A stretch of DNA of 64,000 nt, from positions 84,794 to 148,793 of the forward strand of contig JAXHVD010000010.1 of assembly GCA_034189385.1 (NCBI GenBank), given 5' to 3'. The position numbers and the translations under genes are program-made. The notes beneath the pieces are model-generated. The model made no database searches and was not told the origin of the DNA. It was given only the letters and a program-made list of their open reading frames with translations. This stretch comes from Thermodesulfobacteriota bacterium (lineage in GTDB: Bacteria > Desulfobacterota > Desulfobacteria > Desulfobacterales > C00003060). Of this stretch, positions 57,178 to 64,000 are shown in pieces (position 1 is the stretch's first letter; the number at the start of each line of letters is the position of its first letter).

Positions 57178-58317
57178 ATGGGTAGTGTTGCTGAAGATTC
57201 AGATGCGCCTAGAGGGAATAACGAAGATGTTCATGACCTTATGTTCTATAGATTTGTCGTTGATAGCCTTCCGACTGCAGTTCTTACCGTCAACGGAGAT
57301 TTCAGGGTTACCGGCTTTAATCCCTGCGCTGAGAAGGTGACTGGATATACAGAGGCGGAGGCTATGGGCCGTGTTTGTGGCGATATCCTCCAATGTGGGA
57401 TGTGCCGTCTCCATTGCCCCTTAAGGACTGCCGTGAAAGGTAAAAGGCCCGTGTCTCTCGTCGAAACAACCATTCGTAACAAACGGGGAGAAACCATTCC
57501 GGTCAGATTGAATACGGCTGGGTTATTTGACGATGATGGGCACCTCTTGGGGGGCGTGGAGTCCTTCCAAGACATCTCTCGCCTAAAAGCTTTGGAACGG
57601 GAGAAGGACAATCTCGTTTCCATGTTCGCCCATGACATGAAGTCCTCCCTCACCATTATAGGGGGATTTGCACTGCGACTTTTGAAAAAGTTGAGGAGCA
57701 TTGATGAAACAAAGCAAGAGAAATATCTTGAGATCATCAAGAATGAATCGGGCAAGCTTGAATTGCTGATCAATGATTTCTTGGAGTTTTCTCGACTGCA
57801 AACAGGGAAACTGAAATTGAATCTTACTGCCACCTCACTGGATAAAGAGCTGATGGAGATTCTGGATTCCTACCAGCTCAGGGCAACTGAGTCCGGGATC
57901 AAACTTGAGCTTGAAAATGAAGAAGCGCTCCCTGTAATTGAGGCTGATGCCCACCAGTTACGCAGGGTGTTTACAAATCTTGTGGACAATGCCTTAAAGT
58001 TCTCAAAGGGAAAAGGCACGATCACTGTGAGGACCGGAGAGACAGCCACAGAGGTCGTCGTAAAAGTGGAAGATGAAGGTGTTGGCATACCCCCTGACGA
58101 ATTACCCTATATTTTCGACGCCTTTCACCAAGGGTCAGACACAGAGGGGAAAAGGGGCTTCGGTCTGGGCCTGGCCGGAGTAAAGACCATCATCGAAGCC
58201 CACGGAGGACACGTCCGCGTAGATAGCGAGCCGGGCAAGGGATCTGTTTTTAGAGTGGTTTTGCCCAAGGCTGGGAAACCGGACGAGGGGGAAGAAGGAA
58301 AGAGGAAAAATCAATGA
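57178..58317 (+). CDS. PAS sensor histidine kinase (Cys-rich PAS)
   Basis: PAS with CGDILQCGMCRLHCP; AHDMKS; NALKF; DEGVGI; GLGL. Confidence 0.9.
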   Translation: MGSVAEDSDAPRGNNEDVHDLMFYRFVVDSLPTAVLTVNGDFRVTGFNPCAEKVTGYTEAEAMGRVCGDILQCGMCRLHCPLRTAVKGKRPVSLVETTIRNKRGETIPVRLNTAGLFDDDGHLLGGVESFQDISRLKALEREKDNLVSMFAHDMKSSLTIIGGFALRLLKKLRSIDETKQEKYLEIIKNESGKLELLINDFLEFSRLQTGKLKLNLTATSLDKELMEILDSYQLRATESGIKLELENEEALPVIEADAHQLRRVFTNLVDNALKFSKGKGTITVRTGETATEVVVKVEDEGVGIPPDELPYIFDAFHQGSDTEGKRGFGLGLAGVKTIIEAHGGHVRVDSEPGKGSVFRVVLPKAGKPDEGEEGKRKNQ

Positions 58318-59033
58318 TTTTGATAAGGGCCGAGGATGTATCCAAGACGTACGTGAGTGGAGAGGTCGAAGTCCAGGCACTAAGGGAATTAAGTCTTGAA
58401 ATTGAACCGGCCTCTTTTGTCTCCATTGTTGGTCCCTCTGGCAGCGGCAAGACCACGCTGCTAAACCTTATCGGCTGTCTGGACAAGCCAACGGCGGGAA
58501 ATTTGGTCGTTGCCGGGAAGCACGTGAAGGCCCTTGACCGCAAGGAGAGGGCGGCCTTTCGGGGGGAAGTCTTGGGCTTTATTTTCCAGTCATTCAACCT
58601 CATTCCCGTGCTAACCGCCTATGAAAACGTCGAATATCCCCTGGTAATGGTCAAGAATGAGCCAAAGCCAATTCGAAAGGGAATGGTGTTGAAGATCCTT
58701 GAAGCGGTCGGGATGCTGGAGCAGAAGGACAAACGTCCCGATCACCTTTCTGGTGGTCAAAAGCAGCGAGTCGCCGTGGCCAGAGCCTTGGTGGCCCGGC
58801 CGAAGTTGGTTTTGGCAGATGAGCCAACGGCAAACCTTGACCAAAACACGGCCATAAACGTTATTCGACTCATGCGCAGTATGCGGGATGAATTGGGAAC
58901 CACCTTCGTCTTTTCCACCCATGACCCAAGAATCATGGGCGAGGCAGAGATGATTCATACCCTGCAAGATGGCAGGCTTGTCCTAACGGAACGCGGGTCA
59001 GACAGAAGGGATAACAATGACGAAGATGTTTAG
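58314..59033 (+). CDS. ABC transporter ATPase (LolD/MacB-like)
   Basis: GPSGSGKT, FQSFNL, LSGGQKQR, LADEPTANLD, STHD. Confidence 0.93.
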   Translation: MILIRAEDVSKTYVSGEVEVQALRELSLEIEPASFVSIVGPSGSGKTTLLNLIGCLDKPTAGNLVVAGKHVKALDRKERAAFRGEVLGFIFQSFNLIPVLTAYENVEYPLVMVKNEPKPIRKGMVLKILEAVGMLEQKDKRPDHLSGGQKQRVAVARALVARPKLVLADEPTANLDQNTAINVIRLMRSMRDELGTTFVFSTHDPRIMGEAEMIHTLQDGRLVLTERGSDRRDNNDEDV

Positions 59034-60264
59034 AATAGCCATTCGAAATCTAACTCGCTACAAGAGGAGAACACTCCTTACCTCCATGCTAATTACTCTT
59101 GGTGTGTTGATGGTTATCCTTTTTTCAGGTCTTTCGGGTTCGTTCAAGGCCATGATGATTGGCCAGATTACCGACTCCAACCTGGGGCAGATTCAGATCC
59201 ACAGAAGAGGATATGTCTCCGCCGTTGACTCCTTTCCCTTGAATCTGAATTTGAATCAGCAAAGTTATGGGAAGCTCGAGCATATTCTGAAAAATCACTC
59301 CGCAGTGGCTGCCTATGCACCAAGGATAAAGCTAGGTGCTATGTTAAGCAACTATATGGAGACAACGAATATCCGCCTCAATGCCGTAAATCCAGAAAAA
59401 GAAGTCAAGGTATGCCCTGCCGTTGGGGACCGAATTGAATTAACCAATAAGAAGGGAGGTTTTGTAGGGCCAGGAGAGGTCGTCATCCCTGAAAAATTGG
59501 CCAAAGGCATGAAAATCAAGGCGGGGGACACCGTGGTGGTTGTGGCTCACAATAAGGAGGGTTCTGTAAATGGCTTTAGTTTTACAGTGGCAGGAATCAT
59601 AGCGGACGTGCTGGGACCCCAGGGCAAAGAAGGTTATATGCATATAGAAGACGCTCGTGCCCTGCTTCGAATGGAAGAGCCGGAAGTCACAGAGGTTGCT
59701 GTACGTGTAAAAAACTTTAATGATCTTGATGCCGTTTATGCAAATCTCCACTCTACCGTGCGTGACCAAAAGGATTCCAAAGGGAAGCCTGTCTTTGAAA
59801 TTCACACATGGGAAAAGCTCTCCCCATTTGTTAATGTGGCAAATATGATTGACCTGATCACCCTTTCCATGAAAGTCATCATGATCGCAATTGTCCTCAT
59901 CAGTATCTTGAACGTCATGATGATGTCGGTCTATGAGAGGATCAGAGAGATCGGAACCATGAGTGCTGTTGGCACCGCTCCGAGGAAAATTATGGGCCTG
60001 TTTTTAGCCGAAGGGTTTTCCCTGGGGCTGATAAGCGCTATGGCTGGAAATGCCATCGGCCTGACAGGCATATATCTGCTCAATATCTACCAGATTAGAT
60101 TTTCCTTTGGCCGAATGGAAAACCTGTTGCTGTCGCCCACGGTTAAGCCTACAGAGTTGCTCTGGTTATCAGCCATCGTGCTGTTGGTTTCTGTCCTTGC
60201 TACACTACAACCTGCCTACAAAGCTTCAAGGATGGAACCGGTTGATGCGCTGGGGCATGTATAG
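59017..60264 (+). CDS. ABC transporter permease (LolE/FtsX-like)
   Basis: AIRNL..YKRRTLLT; periplasmic domain; SVYERIREIGT; PAYKASRMEPVDAL. Confidence 0.9.
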   Translation: MTKMFRIAIRNLTRYKRRTLLTSMLITLGVLMVILFSGLSGSFKAMMIGQITDSNLGQIQIHRRGYVSAVDSFPLNLNLNQQSYGKLEHILKNHSAVAAYAPRIKLGAMLSNYMETTNIRLNAVNPEKEVKVCPAVGDRIELTNKKGGFVGPGEVVIPEKLAKGMKIKAGDTVVVVAHNKEGSVNGFSFTVAGIIADVLGPQGKEGYMHIEDARALLRMEEPEVTEVAVRVKNFNDLDAVYANLHSTVRDQKDSKGKPVFEIHTWEKLSPFVNVANMIDLITLSMKVIMIAIVLISILNVMMMSVYERIREIGTMSAVGTAPRKIMGLFLAEGFSLGLISAMAGNAIGLTGIYLLNIYQIRFSFGRMENLLLSPTVKPTELLWLSAIVLLVSVLATLQPAYKASRMEPVDALGHV

Positions 60265-60285
60265 AACAAATTGAAGGGGATAAAG

Positions 60286-60681
60286 ATGAAAGCATCAATG
60301 ATGGCCATTGTCTTATTTACTTCCAGCATGGTGTTTGCTCAAGTTGAACAAGGGAAAGTAATGGCCGTAGCGGCGATTGATAAAACGGAAAATGCCCAGG
60401 TAAGCGAAAAAGCAGCGCGCGCACCATATTACCTGATCTTTCACGAACACGGAAAGCTAATGGAGGTTGTGGCCAATCCGTTTCATGATGTTTCCAGAGG
60501 CGCTGGGCCCAAAGTGGTAAGTTTCCTTGCAAAACAAAATGTTAGTGTGGTGATTGCAGGTGATTTTGGCCATAAAATCGCCACCTCCCTACATGAACAA
60601 GGGATAAATTACTATGAGGCCACCGGCATGGTGAAGAAAGCTGTTCAAGAGTTCATCAGGCAAGACCCATCAAAGAGGTGA
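60286..60681 (+). CDS. NifB/NifX-family domain protein with apparent signal peptide
   Basis: MKASMMAIVLFTSSMVFA-Q; ARAPYYLIF, NP..RGAG, VVIAGDFG. Confidence 0.75.
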   Translation: MKASMMAIVLFTSSMVFAQVEQGKVMAVAAIDKTENAQVSEKAARAPYYLIFHEHGKLMEVVANPFHDVSRGAGPKVVSFLAKQNVSVVIAGDFGHKIATSLHEQGINYYEATGMVKKAVQEFIRQDPSKR

Positions 60682-60684
60682 TTC

Positions 60685-61422
60685 ATGGAAAAGGCGTTCT
60701 TTATGGGAACTATCATGTTTGTTGTGGCAATTGCGCCTTTGGCCTTTGCCGTTGATGGCAACGATCTACTTAAGAAAGTGGACCGAAACCTGAATCCGGA
60801 GAGCTTTGAGATGTACCGCAAACTGATGAACATAGAACCCGACGGCTCAAGAAAAGAGTTCGTTATGTATTCCGTGAAAAAGGGTGTGGATAAAGTGGCT
60901 TCTGTCTTTTTATCTCCTGCCAGTGAAAAAGGTCGTTCAACCTTGCGTGTGGGAGAAAATATGTGGCTCTACATCCCAAATGTAGGCAAACCGATTCGTA
61001 TCACTAGCCTGCAGTCTGTAACTGGTGGAGTGTTCAACAATTCGGATATTCTGAGGCTAGACTACAGTGCCGAGTATAACGTTGAAAGGCTGGAAAAAAT
61101 AGACGAGGGTATCCTTCTTTATTTGAAGGCAAAAACAAGGGCGGTTGCCTACGACACAGTTAAAATGTGGGTCGATGACAAAAGACTGCTCCCTACCAAA
61201 ATAGAATGTTATGCTTCGTCTGGGATGCTGCTCAAAATTTTGTATTTTAAGGAGGTTAAAGACTTCAAGGGCGGTATTGTGCGTCCTGCTGTGGTCGAGA
61301 CAGAGAGCCCCCATTACAAGGGGTATAAGTCGATCATGGTCTTCGCAAAGATTAGGGCTAGGGAACTCAACGAAGAGGTCTTTACACTCACTTTCATGCC
61401 TAATCTGGGGACGCTGAGGTAG
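60685..61422 (+). CDS. LolA-like outer membrane lipoprotein-sorting protein
   Basis: signal peptide; PASEKGR..LR..ENMWLYIP, GGVFNNSDI, EVFT. Confidence 0.85.
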   Translation: MEKAFFMGTIMFVVAIAPLAFAVDGNDLLKKVDRNLNPESFEMYRKLMNIEPDGSRKEFVMYSVKKGVDKVASVFLSPASEKGRSTLRVGENMWLYIPNVGKPIRITSLQSVTGGVFNNSDILRLDYSAEYNVERLEKIDEGILLYLKAKTRAVAYDTVKMWVDDKRLLPTKIECYASSGMLLKILYFKEVKDFKGGIVRPAVVETESPHYKGYKSIMVFAKIRARELNEEVFTLTFMPNLGTLR

Positions 61423-61438
61423 GCCGAAACAGAGGTAA

Positions 61439-62761
61439 ATGAAACCATCTGCGATATTGCTCCCCATCTTTGTTCTCTTCCCCCATTTTCTTCTAGCTCA
61501 GAATGACTACTCCTTTGACTTATCACAGATAGAAAAAGAGACAGAGAGAAAGCCTTACAGCCTTGGAGGATACCTGGAACTCAGGCCTAATTTTTTCTGG
61601 CTGGACAAAGATGCCGCTCTCTATAACCTCAGCTTTTATGATGATTCAAAAAGAAGCACTCTAGATGAATACAATTTAGAGCTCTTGTTGGATGCAAGTT
61701 ACCAGAAACGCATTTTTCACTCTTTTCTCCGGACAAATGCCAAGCTCAGCGAATCCTCTGTCGAGTCTTCAGGCGAGATAACGATTCTTGAAGGGTATGT
61801 ATCCCTGAAACCCACACCACTCTTGACGGTTGATCTTGGCAAAAAGACTCTGAAGTGGGGCAAGGGTTATGCATGGAACCCTGTGGCCTTTGTGGATAGG
61901 CCAAAAGACCCCGATGACCCTGGCCTCCCCCTTGAAGGGTTTATCGTGGCATCAGCGGATTACATAAAGAGTTTTAGCGGGCCCTTGCGGACGGTATCTT
62001 TCACCCCTGTTATTGTCCCGGTTTATCAAAATATTAACGACGATTTTGGACAGATAAACAGTGTGGACTTCGCAGGCAAGCTATATTTTCTCTTCCACGA
62101 TACTGACATTGATTTTATGTTTTTTAGAGGTAGCAGCAAACCTTCTAGATTTGGCATAGATTTTTCGCGAAATATCAGCTCGAATTGCGCTATACATGGA
62201 GAATTCGCGTTTGTTGATGACTTTGAGAAAATATTTATCGACAGCAACGGCATGACATTCCAAGAGAGATATGATGCCAAAAGCTATATTCTTGGCATGA
62301 GATACCTCACGAAACACGATACTACATTCATATTCGAGTATTATCGAAATGATACAGGGTACGATACCGGTGAGATGAATGATTTTTTTGAATTCGTGAA
62401 TGAATGGAATGATCTTTTTCTGACTTCAGGCGATGATGCCCTTTTGAAAAAAGCCTCGGCTGTTGCTGAAAAGGGTTATGCTGCGAGAAGTTCCATGGCG
62501 GATTACCTTTACACGCGTATCAGCCAGAAAGAGCCATTTGGCTGGCTTTATTTCACCCCATCCGTTACATGGATCTTTAATGTTGATGACGAAAGCTATT
62601 CCCTTTCTCCAGAGCTCTTATACACCGGAATAACCAATCTCCAGTTACGATTGAAGGCAGGCTTCATTGTCGGGCAAAGGGACACGGAATATGGTGAAAA
62701 GCGAAATGACTACCGATTAGAATTTAGACTGCGATATTATTTTGACGCAACCAAATTTTGA
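61439..62761 (+). CDS. outer-membrane beta-barrel protein
   Basis: signal peptide; GKKTLKWGKGYAWNP; near-terminal LRYYF. Confidence 0.75.
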   Translation: MKPSAILLPIFVLFPHFLLAQNDYSFDLSQIEKETERKPYSLGGYLELRPNFFWLDKDAALYNLSFYDDSKRSTLDEYNLELLLDASYQKRIFHSFLRTNAKLSESSVESSGEITILEGYVSLKPTPLLTVDLGKKTLKWGKGYAWNPVAFVDRPKDPDDPGLPLEGFIVASADYIKSFSGPLRTVSFTPVIVPVYQNINDDFGQINSVDFAGKLYFLFHDTDIDFMFFRGSSKPSRFGIDFSRNISSNCAIHGEFAFVDDFEKIFIDSNGMTFQERYDAKSYILGMRYLTKHDTTFIFEYYRNDTGYDTGEMNDFFEFVNEWNDLFLTSGDDALLKKASAVAEKGYAARSSMADYLYTRISQKEPFGWLYFTPSVTWIFNVDDESYSLSPELLYTGITNLQLRLKAGFIVGQRDTEYGEKRNDYRLEFRLRYYFDATKF

Positions 62762-63049
62762 TTGGAATGAAATGGAGGGACAAAGATGGAAATAAGGTAG
62801 CCCCTTATTTGATAGGCACCACTGATGGGCTTCGATCGTGCTTGAACAATCATGAACTTGATTTGACCAAGCGCATTGACGGCAACAATCTTTTATTCCA
62901 AAACGAGCCCCAGTAGCGTCAATGACCGGCGTATATCCGTTAGGGATCCATGGAATGAGAATCCGACCGAACACCAGATTCGTCTTCAAAATAACTGACA
63001 GCTCGTTTATTCTTGGCCCTCTATGAGGAGACAAAAAAAGGGGACCCCT

Positions 63050-63379
63050 ATGAGACTATTTGACGTAAAGGGAAAAGTAGGCGATTCGGAAGAGTACATC
63101 CTAGGCGCCGAACAGACAGGCAGCCACGCCTGTTACTTGATTTACGGCACGATGACGCCCAAAGAAAAGGGGCGGGACCTCAAACCGGGCAAGGGCCATG
63201 AAGAGCTCTTGCTTGCCATAAAAGGGGATTTTGTGGTGACCGGCCATGTCACGGGGACGATCAAGGAGGGGCAAGCCATTTATCTGATCGGAGAGGAAAC
63301 CAGCCAACTGGAGAACATGACCGACGCAGATGCCGTCTACGTCATCGCCGGCGGCCACTCCTCTGGCGGGCATCACTAG
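63050..63379 (+). CDS. cupin-like hypothetical protein
   Basis: TGSHACYLIYG, PGKGHEE, YVIAGGH; C-terminal HH. Confidence 0.65.
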   Translation: MRLFDVKGKVGDSEEYILGAEQTGSHACYLIYGTMTPKEKGRDLKPGKGHEELLLAIKGDFVVTGHVTGTIKEGQAIYLIGEETSQLENMTDADAVYVIAGGHSSGGHH

Positions 63380-63463
63380 GGCTTGGGCACATCCGGGCAA
63401 TCGCTGGCCCGAAATCAAGGCATCGCGGGCCGCTAGTGTCATGAACAAGGAATAAGTGCCATT

Positions 63464-63652
63464 AGTCACCGTGCAGGCGAAAGCCTTTTACGTGCGACAT
63501 TGAGCATTTTCGGAATGAGACGGAAGCTGCGTGAAGCGTTAAGAATCATAAACTGTTTGAGGGCGTTAGCCCGAGTTTTTATGATTCAGCGGAGCGAAGC
63601 TGACGTCCCGAAAATGCTCACGGAGCCCGGAAAATGGCTTGATGGCGACACT
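63464..63652. repeat. MITE-like palindromic element between convergent genes
   Basis: perfect 13-bp inverted repeat TGAGCATTTTCGG (63501) / CCGAAAATGCTCA (63620); inner GAATCATAAA/TTTATGATTC; weaker outer arms. Confidence 0.75.
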
Positions 63653-63684
63653 CTGCTTTTTGAAGGAATTTCTGATTCACCACA

Positions 63685-64000
63685 CTAGTACGGCAGCTTT
63701 TCAGGTGGCCTTCGTTCTGGCACGTGGACATGGGTGGTCTCGTCGTCGTTCCAGGCCTTGGAAACATAGAGATTGCAGTAGCAACTTCCATACTCCTCCA
63801 CGTCAGGGGCCCTGTAGACGCAGGGGCACAAGATGTCTTCATCCTGCTTTCGGTCCCCTGATGCCAGCCTGCAAGGGCAGGACATGTAGCCATACCGTTT
63901 CTTGTTTACAAGAAGGGCTTCCAGGAGGTCAAAGACTCTGTCTTTGTCCTTGTTAAAAAAATAGCCTTTAGGTTCTTGCACCTTCTTCAACGTCTCGTAT
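63685..64000 (-). CDS. ferredoxin:thioredoxin reductase catalytic subunit (5' end outside the window)
   Basis: YGYMSCPCR, CPC, GSCYCNLY (CPC/CPC/CxC), ERR. Confidence 0.9.
   Translation of the reverse strand, partial: YETLKKVQEPKGYFFNKDKDRVFDLLEALLVNKKRYGYMSCPCRLASGDRKQDEDILCPCVYRAPDVEEYGSCYCNLYVSKAWNDDETTHVHVPERRPPEKLPY

Noticed and set aside
62780..63034. possible transposase remnant (minus-strand 105-aa ORF)
   Set aside because: No recognisable DDE motif or terminal repeats; cannot be supported without a search

Overview
A 64 kb bacterial window. Gene content and intergenic repeats suggest an anaerobic Desulfobacterota/deltaproteobacterium (inference). Left to right: (1) an ArsR/ArsP-permease/small-thioredoxin operon; (2) a ~12.5 kb minus-strand alpha-glucan storage cluster. 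It begins with a full-length plant GWD1-type alpha-glucan water dikinase (two CBM45-like repeats, phospho-His domain, C-terminal nucleotide-binding domain), followed by a TIM-barrel protein, GH13, DUF4912, GH57 branching enzyme, an SSIII/IV-like glycogen synthase, a second GH57 and PAC2; (3) an unannotated His/Cys-rich peptide plus CooT, facing LarE, YcaO-TPR and TIGR02757; (4) a low-density region with small ORFs and a kinase pseudogene; (5) PilZ and two-component genes; (6) folE2 (a 200-bp MITE is inserted at its start codon), split purH, folC and a mini AcsC-like FeS/corrinoid protein; (7) a hybrid kinase and a sugar ABC transporter; (8) ftsH, an MMPL/LolA-like/beta-barrel module and a redox run (DsrE-like, ferredoxin, Grx-TrxR fusion, a UxxC selenoprotein glutaredoxin, rubredoxin, gap, xth); (9) a candidate RiPP locus, with a 20-aa Cys/Lys-rich peptide, a hairpin and an RRE-containing radical SAM/SPASM enzyme; (10) a zupT/permease/kinase/LolDE-like ABC/exported NifX-like/LolA-like/barrel block and a ferredoxin:thioredoxin reductase cut by the window end. 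Several MITE/REP-like palindromic elements lie between genes. I saw no tRNA, rRNA, CRISPR array or intact transposase. All family calls come from motif recognition by eye, not database searches.
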